Positions 53,079-64,000 of a stretch of DNA of 64,000 nt are shown here, in pieces. Both the position numbers and the translations under genes were made by a program. Each line of letters starts with the position of its first letter. Position 1 is the first letter of the stretch. The notes below the pieces were generated by a model. It saw only the letters and a list, made by a program, of their open reading frames with translations, had not been told where the DNA came from and ran no database searches. Origin of the DNA: Hyaloraphidium curvatum SAG 235-1 (lineage: Eukaryota; Fungi; Monoblepharomycota); the NCBI GenBank assembly GCA_025558095.1, contig JAIVFI010000038.1, forward strand, positions 62,001 to 126,000, written 5' to 3'.

Positions 53079-54236
53079 TCAGAGTTTCTCTCCCAACTTC
53101 AAAGGCCGTCGCCAGATCATGATCTGCCGCGCGACGCAGACCGGCCTGCCGATTTCGTCCCGCAGGACTATTTCGCGCTCCTCCAGGTCCCCAAAATCAC
53201 CTGCAGTCTTTCGTCAGCAAGCTCCGAGACAATGAAAGCATCCGAGAAGCACCTTTGTACTTGATTTTCGCCCAAAGCCCGCGGCAGTGCTCCGGCTCGA
53301 AGGCGCCGACGAAGTTGAGGTCGAACACGAGCGACAGGAGGGGAAACTGGGGATGGATGTCGCCAACGAAGAGGTTCAGGAAGCCCTGCGGGGTGAACAT
53401 GTCATCCCAAAGGACGCAGGAGATGTGGTTCGATGGGTGCCCGCTCGTGTGTCCTGCGGAGCCGAACAATGAGCTCGCGTCGCCCGAAGGGACGACGGCT
53501 CGCTGCGTACGGTAGTACCACCCGAACGAAGTCGGATCCAGGGAGCTCGCGAACCTCGAGATCCTCGACCTCAAGGCGGCCGCGTCCTCGCCGAGCGCCT
53601 GCGACTCCGCAACGGCCTTCCTGTACCCGTCGGCGACGTGAGCGGGGACCATTGCGTCCCAGGCTTCGGTGAGCTGGGTGTTTGGTCGGCGGAGGGCCGC
53701 CATGAGATCGAAGAGGGAGACACACCTGCCATGCCGTGGCCCATTAGATCCTCCCGAGCACAACGTGCCTGCTGCCCTTACTCTTCCATCTTCGGTGGCC
53801 TCTTCGCCGGGGGCGTAGGCGGGAACGGGGGCGCCTTGCCGTTCCTCGAGGGATCGCAGAATATGGCCGACAGGTTCGCCACGATCGTCCTCTTCTTCCC
53901 TTCCTCGGCACCCTGGCCGAGCGTCCATATGGTCGCTTTGAGGAACGCAAACCTGCCCCCGTCCCGGCTCCTCTCCACGGCAATCTCGACCGTATCGCCT
54001 TTCCTTAGTCCGGCGAGGAGCTCCGAGCGAAACGTCACGGGCTGCGAACATTTCGATCCCGCGTGCTCCAGCTCCCGGAACATGGCGTTGAAGCCCATCG
54101 CTGCAGTGCTGGCCCCGTTGCCGTGAGTGTGGTCCTTTCCGCGCCACGTCCCGACAGAGGGCGCCGGCTCGGCAGGCGCGTCCGACGTCCGAGTCACGGC
54201 CAGGATCGAGAACCACGCGTCCGGAACCGAGGTCAT
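53079..54236 (-). CDS. Double-hotdog acyl-CoA thioesterase-like protein
   Basis: HGNG...AM; VEIAVERSRDGGRFAFL; WDDMF; SLVFDLNF; after a terminal intron, LRDEIGRPVCVARQ; two introns (near 53725-53780 and 53200-53253); ends in EKL. Confidence 0.7.
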
Positions 54237-54893
54237 GATTCTTCTGCGGTGCTTGAACAGAAACTGGCGCGTCTCCGGGAGACGAGGGAGCGCAGGACGC
54301 TCTGTCTGTCTCCCGACCTGTTTGTTTACGCGTCGCTCGATGTCGCCAGAGATCCGAATCGCGTCAGTCGGCCTAGTCCGCAAACTGGACGCGGCTGGCA
54401 ATGTCGTGGTTCACCATTGATGTCATCATCGACGATGTCACGGGCCGCGGCGTCCCGCTGGTCGACTTGCGGACCGTGGTTCACCGGAGGGCGAGACCGA
54501 CACAGATCTTCCTCGCGCTCCCCCCCGATCGGGCGGTGGACGGCCTCACGGGCCCCCTGCTGGATGCCGAGGGTGCAATGCTCGGCAATGTATGGCGGAG
54601 GAGCCACGCTGCGCTGTCGGTTGACTTTGCGCTGGCCTCGCGAGGGTGGGAGGAGTGATCTGTGGCAAGTCGGCGGCGGGAGCCTGCTTCTTTGCCCGAG
54701 TGTGGGCTCCCGGGGACGGAGCAAGGAGCCATGTTATCCAGCGACTAGCCAGGCACATCTCGGCCCCCAGGATCGGAGATGGAGTTTGCCACTTTTCCAT
54801 TCCGGGACGGACGGCTGTGCTAATTGAGGCTGAGGCGGCATCTCAGCGGGAGCCAACGGATCTCCGGCTCCCTGGAGAGCAACGGGGCCGGCG

Positions 54894-56238
54894 ATGCTCG
54901 CGGCGATCTTCGCCGTTTACTGCGCCGCCCTCGGACTGCTCGGGGCGGAGGCCGCGCAGCTCGAGAGGCGCCAGTTCTGGCGCCAGACGGGCGTGTTCGG
55001 TTCGTCGGCCCGCTCGCCCCGATGGCGGCCGGATCTGCAGGAAAGACCCTGACACTTTCAATGCTGCCTCCTACAGATGTAATGAACTGCACGAACCCGC
55101 GGCATTTCGCCCTGACGTTCGGTTTGTGGTCGCTGTGGTTGTGGTCCCTGAACGTCGCTCACCCCATCCTGCTCCTGTCTGACCTCGCAGATGACGGACC
55201 GAGCCCCCTGACGCCGACTCTGCTGGATCATCTGCGGCGGAAGAATGCCAAGGCGACCTTTTTCGTGCTGGGCATCCAGGTCGACGCGCGGCCCCAGATC
55301 CTGATCCAGGCGTTCAACGAAGGCCATCAGGTGGGGACCGGCAATTGCGTTGTCGCTCCTCTGGAGTTCATGAGGCTGAATTGCCGCCCCGCCATCGCCC
55401 CAGATCGCCGCGCACTCCTACGTGCACGCCTCGTTCCCTTCCCTGGGATCTGCGGGCGTCCTCGGCGAGCTCCAGAAGACGGAGCAGGCTATCGTATCGA
55501 AGATTGGGGTGGCACCTGTCTACATGCGTCCCCCGTTCGGCGACGTGGACCAGGCCTCGGGCAGCGTCATCCGCGAGTTCGGGCAGAAGATTGCCGTCTG
55601 GAACATGGATTCCGGCGACACGGTGTGCTTGCTGTGTGTTTCCTCGCTTGGCGACCATCTGACTTGGTGTGCGGCAGCGGCTCCGGGGAAACACGCAGGC
55701 CGTCATCGATGCCTTCGGGGCCGTGCCGCCCCCCTCGTCGGCCCCCGGCATCATCGCCGTCGCGCACGACACCCTGCCGTCGACCGTGGAGGCCGTGCCT
55801 GCCGTGATCGACCTCCTCCGCGCCAAGGGGTTCGAGCTCGTGACCCTGGCGGAGTGCAACGGGGGTGCGGCGGCGTACAAGGGCGGGAACATACCGGCTC
55901 CGGCGCCTTCCACGGCCCCTCCGGCGCCAACATCACCCCCACAAGTCGTCACGCAGCCTCCTGCAACGGCGACCCCCAACCCGGCTCCGACGTCGACCGT
56001 CACTAACGATGCCCAGCAGACGACTGAGGCGCCGAGCAAGCCCACGGGCACGGCCTCGCCGTCCCCTTGCGATCCTGGGTGTGGAGCTGGGTATGTTCGT
56101 TCATCCTGCAAGTGGATCCATCGTGGTTGATCATCGAATCGCAGGGTGTTCTGGGCGACGGGCAAGTGCGTTGACGGCAGATGCGCGTGCATCCCCGGGT
56201 GGATCGGACCGAGCTGCAGCGAGCCGGGGTACGCTTAA
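54894..56238 (+). CDS. Secreted CE4 polysaccharide (chitin) deacetylase with a Pro/Thr linker and C-terminal EGF-like domain
   Basis: ALTF|DDGP, KATFFVLG, GHQ|IAAHSYVH, MRPPFGD, WNMDSGD, AHD, VTLAEC. Introns 55000-55076, 55122-55190, 55331-55403, 55623-55677 and 56091-56144. Last exon GKCVDGRCACIPGWIGPSC. Confidence 0.9.
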
Positions 56239-56382
56239 ATCATGGGAAGGGAGTTTCTGTATCCGACGCTTTTACTACATTGCTGCTCGTCAATCGGCGG
56301 TCCCATTTTCAGATGCGTCCCGAGCAACGTACCGGTCGGGGCGGACCCCGCCCGAATCCCCGCCCCCGGTCATCCGCACGCG

Positions 56383-57387
56383 ATGTGCCACTGGCTCGCC
56401 TTCCAGTCGATCGAGCCCGTGCCGCTCGCGGACCTGCTCCTCCGCCCGTCCAACTCCCTGCGCCAGCAGGCCTCGGACGCGGCCTCCTTCACCCCCGGAC
56501 TGCCCCCCAACCCCGCCCGCAACGACCCCATCAACCCCGACGGCCACGGCTTCGGGTACTACGTCGCGGACGCCGCGGCGCCCATCGTGTACCGCTCGCC
56601 GCTTCCGGCGTGGACCGACCCCGGGCTCGCCCAACACGCGGACGGAAAGGCGTCGGGGCTGCTCCTCGCGCATGTGCGCGCGGCGTCGCCCGGGCTCCCT
56701 GTTTTGGTCGAGTGCTGCCATCCGTTCCGTTTTGGAAGAATGCTGTTCATGCAGAATGGCGGGATTTCGGGGTTCAAGCCAGGGGAGGCGCTCCAGGCGG
56801 CGCTGAGGAAGGAGATGGACCCCGATGTGCTCGCCTGGGTCGGCGATCTGTCTAGCGACACCGCGCACGTGTTTGCCATCTTCCTCACCGTCCTTCGGCG
56901 GCGCGGTGGACGTCCCGGGGAGGCCGGCAACTCCCCCACGCTGCTCGCCGCAGCTCTGAGGGAGGCGGTGCGCGAGATCGGGCGGATCCAGGCGGCCTCG
57001 GGGCTGCCGCGGGACCAGCTGGGGAGCAGCTTCAATCTGTGCCTCTCAGACGGGAACTGCATCGTCGCGACGCGGGATAGGAGCGGGTTCGGCGCGGGGA
57101 ACGGCGCCAGAGCGGGCGAGCTGCCCGAGGCGCCGTCGCTCTACTTCGCCCACGGGACGAAGATGTGGTTCGACGACGAGGCGGGCGATTTGAGGCTGCA
57201 GCACGACGGGGGCCACGCAACCATCGCCGTGGTGTCCTCGGAGCCGATCGTCATGGGGGACTCCCAGGGGTTCAGCGAGTGGGGATTTGAGGTCGTCGAC
57301 AACGACTCGATGATGATCGTGGAGCGCAGGAAGGGGGGGGGAGGGGTCGGACTACCTGCACGTGCACCAGGTCGACTTGTACGATGA
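56383..57387 (+). CDS. Class II glutamine amidotransferase (Dug3/EgtC-like)
   Basis: N-terminal MC (Ntn nucleophile), LADLLLRPSNSL, NPDGHGFGYY, PAWTD, LLAHVRAAS, CHPF, MQNG, SSEP. The true end may be 57391 if the G-run at 57333-57341 is over-called. Confidence 0.9.
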   Translation: MCHWLAFQSIEPVPLADLLLRPSNSLRQQASDAASFTPGLPPNPARNDPINPDGHGFGYYVADAAAPIVYRSPLPAWTDPGLAQHADGKASGLLLAHVRAASPGLPVLVECCHPFRFGRMLFMQNGGISGFKPGEALQAALRKEMDPDVLAWVGDLSSDTAHVFAIFLTVLRRRGGRPGEAGNSPTLLAAALREAVREIGRIQAASGLPRDQLGSSFNLCLSDGNCIVATRDRSGFGAGNGARAGELPEAPSLYFAHGTKMWFDDEAGDLRLQHDGGHATIAVVSSEPIVMGDSQGFSEWGFEVVDNDSMMIVERRKGGGGVGLPARAPGRLVR

Positions 57388-57439
57388 TTGAAATGGAGCT
57401 TGCGTCCAACTGAGCGGCACGATTCCAGGTCCGGTTCAG

Positions 57440-57853
57440 TCACTCCCCCTTGCCCTTCCGGGCCTCGTCGGCCGCCGCCCACACCTGCGCCGCGATCAGC
57501 ACCGGCCCCAGCAGAACCTGCGACCAGAACAGGGAGCTCCCCAGCTGCGTCGCCCCGGGGAAACGTCCGGTCCACAGGGCCCACGCGGACTCGAGCGTCA
57601 CGACCACGTTGAACGCCGCCGCGGCCCAACCTGCCGCGCGCGAAGGCACCTCCGACGCGCGCAGGTGCAAAGCGAGGGCGATGCCGTACGCGCCAAACAG
57701 GCCGAATTTGGTCGCCAGGTAGTCGGCGGGGAGGCCCAGCGTCCGGGAGAGCGGGCGCGAGGCGAGCGCCAGCGGGACGGCCTGGAGGCCCGTGAACGCG
57801 TCGAACCAGAGCACGGCGCGGAGGGAGAAGGGGAGGTTGCCGGCGCTGGCCAT
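57440..57853 (-). CDS. Small four-TM membrane protein resembling a bacterial hypothetical family
   Basis: LRAVLWFDA...PLSRTLGLP...AFN...LG...Q....LIAAQ pattern; intronless. Confidence 0.7.
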   Translation of the reverse strand: MASAGNLPFSLRAVLWFDAFTGLQAVPLALASRPLSRTLGLPADYLATKFGLFGAYGIALALHLRASEVPSRAAGWAAAAFNVVVTLESAWALWTGRFPGATQLGSSLFWSQVLLGPVLIAAQVWAAADEARKGKGE

Positions 57854-57994
57854 ATCGATTGCTGGCGGCCGAATGCACTGAATGCGAGGAGGACTCGGTC
57901 TGCCGGTCTTCAATGCGGTGTATGGAGTGCGCATCGTCACCCGCAGGCAGTGCGACCGACACGCGCGCATCTTCAGTGGCGCCGAGCGGGCAAA

Positions 57995-58992
57995 ATGTCC
58001 GACGCCGCCCCGTCCTCCTTCTCCGCCTTCCAGCCGCCCCACCACGCCGCCGTCTCGTGCGCCCTAGCCGCGTTCGCGGGCCTCGATCTAGCGCTCGCGC
58101 GGGCGGTCCTCGCCGCGAGCTCCCGCTTCTCTTCGGAACCCGATGCCGTGCTCAAGGTGCCAGACGCTTTTCTCGCGTTCGTTTCTTATCCTCGCGAGTC
58201 TCACCCGTGCTGCTGGGCCGGCAGGAGTTGGGAAGGTACCTCGTCCTTGACCTCGCCTTCCGCCAACGCGGCCAAGGCGACGACGAAAGGCCCCTCCCTG
58301 CCCCGCCCGCCATCGTCGGCGCTCTGGGCGTCCTCGGCCGCCTGCCGACCGCGGACCTCAAGGCGTGGAAGGCCGCAGGCGCGCCGATCGGCTTTCTTTT
58401 CAAGAAGCCGTCCGCGCGGCCCGATCTCGTGCGCGGGACGGCGGAGCTCTACGAGAAAATCTACGGGGAAGAGCCGCCGGAGGCGATTTGGCCGCGTGAT
58501 CCGGCAGCGGCACCAGTCGCTGCGCCACCGAGCGGCACGAAGGGCAGGCACGTCTTCGTGGCGATCCAGGGGTGGCCAGAGAACCCTGAAATGGGGCCTG
58601 GGGAGACAGTTCTCGGGATCTTCGATTCCGCGAGGCCGGCGAGGCGGAGGATCCGGAAGGCCATCGCGGACGAGTTCCGGTACGGCGAGGCCGAGGTCTA
58701 CTTCGACACCTTCCAGGGGCCGGGGAGCCCGTCCGCAGCGATCAACAGCCTGCGCAACGGAGACCTCGGAGCGGAAGCGAGCTTCGTCCACCACAAAAAG
58801 TCGAGCTGGAAGGAGAAGTGGAAAGCCGATGAGACTGGCAAGGTCATGATCAGGGAGAACGAGGACATTAGCTACGGCTACTTCGGCGGCGAGCACGTCT
58901 TCAAGGTCGAGAAGCGCGAGGTGGTCACGGACGCGAAGATGGAGTACATGGAACAGCTGTACCAAACGGAGACGGAGGACGAGGACGAATAG
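57995..58992 (+). CDS. Hypothetical protein with a degenerate GRDP-like N-terminal domain
   Basis: Intron 58157-58224 joins ...DAVLK|ELGRYLVL; TAELYEKIYGEEPPEAIWP; acidic tail. Confidence 0.65.
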
Positions 58993-59547
58993 TAGCATGC
59001 AAGCCTTACCAGACCGCAGCGACTGGCTGACCTACGTTACGCCCAATTACAACGTTGTCGAACATATTATTCTAGACCTCTGGATCCCCATCGCCTGGCC
59101 TGCTGTGTTGCTCGTGATTGGTGCAGCTCGGAAGCGCAACCAGCCCCGGGCATTTGCTTCTCCTGTCCCATAAACCAAGGTTCTCTGGTCCCATACCGCG
59201 AGCACCCCCCCATCTCCTCCTGTTCGAGGAGTGCGGCGCGTTCCAGGCCGTTTTCCGACCGTGGATGGCGGGTTAAGAACGCGATTACCCGGTGCACTCG
59301 GCCGCCGCCGCCCAAACAGTGAAAAGGGGGACTTTTCCCGGCCGCACTCCGCGCCGCCGCCCGCCGCCATCCTCGGCCGCCCGGGCGCGCCCCGCCTTGC
59401 CCGCCTTCTCCGCGAGCCCGCCGCCCCTCCGCCGGGGACGGTTCGCGGCACGCCGCCACGCTGCGCTCCAAACGCAACCCGCTCCGCGCCCCCAACCCCG
59501 CCGCATCCGGCGCTCGCAACGGCACAGACACGACCAAGCGCGCCCAC

Positions 59548-60873
59548 ATGAAGCACGCCTCGCCGCCGTCGTCGCCGTCGCCGCCGCCGTCGCAGCCCGC
59601 GCCGCACACGCAGCCGCTGCCCGAGGAGTGGACAAGCATGGTCGAGTACCCCGAGGAGCCGATCGACCTGGGCACGATCACGTCGTCGCAGGTCGAGGCC
59701 GCCAACGCCGCGCGCCCCGCGTCGCAGGGCCGCGACCCGCTGTCGCCGTTCCCGCGCTTCCCGCCCACCCCCGACGCCTCGGCACGCACGCCGCTGCCCT
59801 TCCCCATGGGCCTGTCGGCACCGCCCTCGGCCGCGCCGCTGATCGAGCCCGTACAGACCCCGGACTTCCAGCAGCCGCCGCCGCACGGCTCGCAGTCGTC
59901 GTCCCTGGCCGACCTGCTCCGCGCCGCGGTGGACTCGCAGCACAACGACGACGCCAGCCAGCCGCCCCTACCCCTGGCCGGCTCCGGCACCGGCCCCGAC
60001 GGCCTGCAGGCGCACCCGCCGCTGCCGCTGGGGAGCTACTACGACGGCGCCAACAGCGAAGATGACGCCGAGGGCGAGGCCTACGAGCCGTACCCGAACG
60101 ACTACCGCCCGCCGCCGGCGCAGCCGCGCCGCAAGCGCAAGCACAGGTCCTCGTTCGAGTCGGCTAGTGCGACCTCCGAGGGCGACGGCGACGAGGAGTG
60201 GGAGGAGGAGGAGGTCGGTATGGCGTGGGGCGCAGTGTCGACCGACATTGGCGACGGCACCATGGAGACGGAGCGCAAAGCGATGCGCCGCGAGATCGAG
60301 TGGGTGTTGGCCGGCCGTTTGCGCACTGCATGCCGATAGCTTACCGGACTGTCCTTCCCGTGCAGCTCGCTGCCCAGCTCGGCCTCGTACGACCCCATCC
60401 TCCTGCGCTACTTCCACCTCTTCTGCGCGCGCTTCACCCTCCCCACCACCGTGGGCTCCGGCAAGTACATCCGCACCGACTCTCTCCTCGCGGCCTTCGA
60501 GCTCGCCATGCACCCCACCTGGAACGAGCGCAAGAGCATCGAGAACGGCATCCGCGACGGCTCGTGGCTCCCCGGCGGCGCCGACGCGTGGGGCGCCACG
60601 CCCGCGGGGACCAACAAGCGGATGGGGAGCAACATGTGGGGCGAGGGGGACAGCGTGCAGCTCAAGAACCTGCTGCTGCTGAGGAAGTGGAGGGACGGGG
60701 TGACGTTTGGGATCTTTGCCGGGGCGACGGGGGACGGCGGGGCCGGGGGGGAGGGCGGGGACGAGAGCGCGGACGGGGAGTGGGGGGCCAGGCCCAAGAG
60801 GCGCAGGGGGAGGGGGAGCCCCAGGAAACGCGGGAGGGGGAGGGGATCGGCCAGCGCGCTCGCCAAGGCGTGA
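59548..60873 (+). CDS. Probable nuclear protein (Pro-rich N-terminus, NLS, AT-hook-like tail)
   Basis: RRKRKHR; intron 60300-60365; folded-looking C-terminal domain; RPKRRRGRGSPRKRGRG. Confidence 0.7.
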
Positions 60874-61334
60874 GCGGCCTTGGCCGGGGTTCGATCGGGG
60901 GTGTGGGGCAACGTTCGGCATTTGGATCGGGGTCGCTAGAGGCAGCAAGGGGCTCATCATCGGTGGTAAAGCGCGAAGCCTGTATTTTCGGCACGGCAAC
61001 GGGGAAAGCTGTGGCGTCTCGGGTGAGCAGGTCGCTATGTCCACGGTTCGGCGCCCGGCGTGCAGCCTTGATTGGCGCCGGGCATCGTCCGACTACATCA
61101 GCAGGTATCCTCGATCACTTACAGGGACGTGATTTTGACGATCGGCCCCTCACCATCGACGAGAGGCCTCCTTGGGTGGAAGGGGTCCTGGCTGACTCGA
61201 GCCGTAAACAAGCGTCGTGGAATCTCTCCCGTCCATTGTGTTCCTGCGAATGCCGTAGCTTTTCTGCGGGAGTTTCTGGGCCTGAAGAACACTCTGCGAG
61301 CCGGGCAGTTGCCATTCCGGGCAAGAGCGGAACG

Positions 61335-63051
61335 ATGGGCGCCGAGAACGGGCCCCGCCTGCCGCCCTCGCCGACGGCCAGGACGCCGGCCAAGGTGCGC
61401 TTCCGGTTCCCGGCATTCGTGTGGTTCTTTGCCGGAGTCTTTTTCGGGACTGCTTGGACGCTGGCGGTGACGCTCAGCGTGCGCAAGGCCGGGAAGCCTG
61501 TCGAGTTCTCGCCGCGAGGCGTGGAACAGGATGTTACCGTGCCCCCCGCCTCCCCGGATTTGACGCCCGAGAGCTTGGTGTCGGCATCGCAAGGGGGCCG
61601 GCTGCCTTGGTTCGCCCCATTGGAAGATCGCCTGGCCCGGCTGGGCCCGCCCCGGGAATCGTGCTTCCTCCCGGGCGCCCCCCCGCGCAGGTTCGACATG
61701 GTCCTCGTCATCGCGCAGGGACGCTCGGGGTCGACGTCGCTCCTGCGGCTGCTAAACACGCTGCCGTGCTTCAACGTGAGGGGGGAGAATCCCGCGCTGT
61801 TCGATCATTTGCTCGGGCGGTCCTCATTCCGGGCGGCCGCGGATCTGCTGGCGACCAAAGGCGGTGCGTGGCACATGTCGAAGTGGACGGACACACAGCT
61901 GCCTGCCAAGCCGGCCTGGTTCAACAGGTTCGACACTGCGCGGACGGACGCACTGCTCCGGCTGCTGGTCGTCGACGCCCTGGAGCACGTCCCGGGCAAG
62001 GTGACCAGCGGGTTCAAGAGCATCACCCTCTTCACCCCCTTCGAGTCACCGTACGAGGTCTCCCGGGCCTTTGTCGACGACTGGGTGAAGCTATTCCCCC
62101 GCACGGCCCTGGTCTTCATCACGAGGAAGGACGCGGCCAAGAGTGCCTGGTGGCGGAGCACCGCGGACGGGAACGAGACTCTGGCGCGGCAGGCGGCCTC
62201 GTTCGTGACGTTCAAGGCCGAGGTGGACGAGGGGCGCTACGCTAGGGAGGAGTTTCCCGGGGCCGCAGTTGCGACGGCGTGGTTGGACTACGAGGACGTC
62301 ATCAAGTGCCGTCACGGGCCCGGTACGCCGCTCGCAGGGCTATACGAGCTACTCGGGGAGACCTGGGATTCCGATCGTTGCAGTGCCGTGATGGAACACA
62401 CTCTCGAGGACTATGGCATTGCGATGAGCGAGCTGGATTACTCGGGGATCCAGGTGGGTCGCCATTTTCGGTGCTCGAAGCTGAACCGAACTGACTTCTT
62501 GACAGGGGCACAAGGGCTGGATGTACGGCTACAGGCTTATCATTCTCCCGCTGCCCGACGAAGGCAAGCCGATCGAGTTCGGCCCCTTCCACCCCATGTC
62601 AGTGCAGAGAAACGTGTCGGGCATCATTCCTGACTGGACGGCGCAGCCGTTCCCCGCGGTTCCCGAGCTCATCTTGGGAGTCGCCCTGCACTTCCCCACC
62701 ATCAAGGCCGGGAGGACGCGGGGCGCGGTTCCATGTCGGACATGGCGATCGGACGTCACCCTTTCCGCGTTTGCAGAGGTGACGATGCCGCCGCTCCTGG
62801 CGCCCTGCAACGGCACCCATCCCCACTTTGGCTACGCCTCGGTGCTGCTCGTCAACGGGACGTACATGGCGTCTAGGAGGTTCGTCCTGGGCAGCGAAGG
62901 CGGGAGCTTCAAGGTCGCGCTGGATCTTACGGTCGGGACCGAGGTGGAGCTCTGCGTGCTCCCCGACGTCCGAGGAACGGTGGGACCTACAGGGCTCTGT
63001 CAGCCTGCCCTCTCTCTCCTCTCTGTGATCAGGGCGGGCGGGAAAGGATAA
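61335..63051 (+). CDS. Type II membrane sulfotransferase-like protein with an extra C-terminal beta domain
   Basis: TM segment FVWFFAGVFFGTAWTLAV; PAPS-binding loop AQGRSGSTSLLRLLN..P....GE; GFKSI; FITR..AKS; LDYEDV. Intron 62454-62505. Confidence 0.8.
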
Positions 63052-63086
63052 GGCGAAATCTAGCGTCTATCCCGTGGTCTGCATAT

Positions 63087-63961
63087 CTACAGCCGCGCCG
63101 CGGTCTTCTGGTCCGAATGGGAAGCCAAAACGGGGGCGTCGATGAACAAAGCGTCCAATTCCACGGCGTACTTCCGCGCTCGCTTGCCCTTCGGGTTCCC
63201 CGAGGCTTTGTCTTCCGGATCCGTATCGTACCACTGGTCCACCCCGTCCACATCCTCGACCTCAAAAATACCTCCACGGAGGAAGACCTTTCTACCCTCC
63301 TTCTTCAGAATGACGATGTTGAAGCCATATGTGGTCTCAAGCTTGACACCCCGACGGTAGGTGAGGTTGAAGAGGAACGTCCGGCAGTTTCCACGCTTCC
63401 ACTTCCTCCAATCGTCGTCGAGAGGGTGCGAGTTTGAAACCACTACGTTGACAACCATGCCGCAGATGGAATCCAGTGCCGCCGCGCTGATGCCCCCGTG
63501 GGCATGTCCGTGCGGTCCCATTCCGCCCGGCCCAAAGCGCAGCGCCCCGCACACAAAGAGAGGGACGTCGGCGCCGACCGAAGGTCCGGGAGTGAAAAAA
63601 GTGAACGCCCAGTTTCGATCCCTCAGGAACCATTGACCCTGGAGACACAGATGTGGGCGAATGGTGGGTTTCCGATTTCGTCCAGACTTATGAAGCACGT
63701 ACCCCATAGTAGGTTCCGTTGTTCGGATCGAGGCTGTCGATCAGATCCCAATCGTATCTATAGTGATGTTTCTCTGCCTGTCAGCGGAGTTTCGTGGCAG
63801 GATCGTCGGAGGAGACCCCACGAGATGATCCGCAGCTGTTGTTGCTCATGCAGCGACAGCAGGCGCGACAGGACGGGATCCTTGAAGGGAAAGAGGCTGC
63901 GAGCGCGTGGCTGGAGCCGCTCCAGGAGTAGAAACAGCGAATCGTCGACGTTCGGCGCCAT
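63087..63961 (-). CDS. Hotdog-fold thioesterase (PaaI/THEM4-like) with PTS1
   Basis: FGPGGMGPHGHAHGGISAAALD, TFLFNLTYRR, EGRKVFLRG, ALFI. Introns 63758-63821 and 63639-63702. Ends in ARL. Confidence 0.85.
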
Positions 63962-64000
63962 TCCGTTTGCCGAAAGTTGAGCCGCGAGGCGAACAAGCAA

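Noticed and set aside
54401-54658. 85-aa ORF MSWFTIDVIIDD...
   Set aside because: It could be a small gene, but it has no recognisable motif and lies in a divergent promoter region; there is not enough support to call it.
60198-62633. 811-aa ORF as a single protein
   Set aside because: The 5' part overlaps the 59548-60873 gene in another frame and crosses intergenic DNA; the credible gene starts at ATG 61335.
1-64000. Prokaryotic interpretation (operons, CRISPR, defence islands) suggested by high GC and dense ORFs
   Set aside because: Dozens of GT-AG introns with branch sites restore conserved motifs exactly (e.g. HNDIK|ASN, TF|DDGP, VFPG|GKVD). I saw no repeat-spacer array.

Overview
This is eukaryotic nuclear DNA, not prokaryotic. 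It is GC-rich and gene-dense (about 40 genes in 64 kb), with many short GT-AG introns (mostly 48-84 nt) that carry CTRAC/CTAAC-type branch sites. Because of this, most ORF-track entries are exon fragments or antisense shadow ORFs, and the gene models below were spliced by hand. Gene content (CE4 chitin-deacetylase-like enzyme, MCU, HDAC8-like deacetylase, FOX2-like SDR, Ctr) and intron style suggest an early-diverging fungus, possibly a monoblepharid/chytrid-grade lineage; this is inference. The main observations are: (1) a head-to-head copper locus, where a Ctr transporter with a Cys/Met-repeat ectodomain faces a paralogue encoding only that ectodomain plus a Ser/Thr stalk and a GPI-like tail; (2) three dispersed, diverged paralogues of a 7-TM protein whose layout matches the insect odorant/gustatory receptor-like (7TMIC/GRL) channel superfamily, with family-specific Cys motifs; (3) tandem, apparently active protein kinases, the complete copy carrying a signal peptide, with a likely gene-conversion tract; (4) plant- or bacteria-like glycan and surface proteins (TBL acetyltransferase, GT92, sulfotransferase, Ig-like plus L-type lectin adhesin, CE4-EGF); (5) inverted MYND-finger paralogues, several PTS1-bearing acyl-CoA enzymes, a half MFS transporter and three probable single-base frameshifts. 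I could not support any rRNA, tRNA, CRISPR array or intact transposon.
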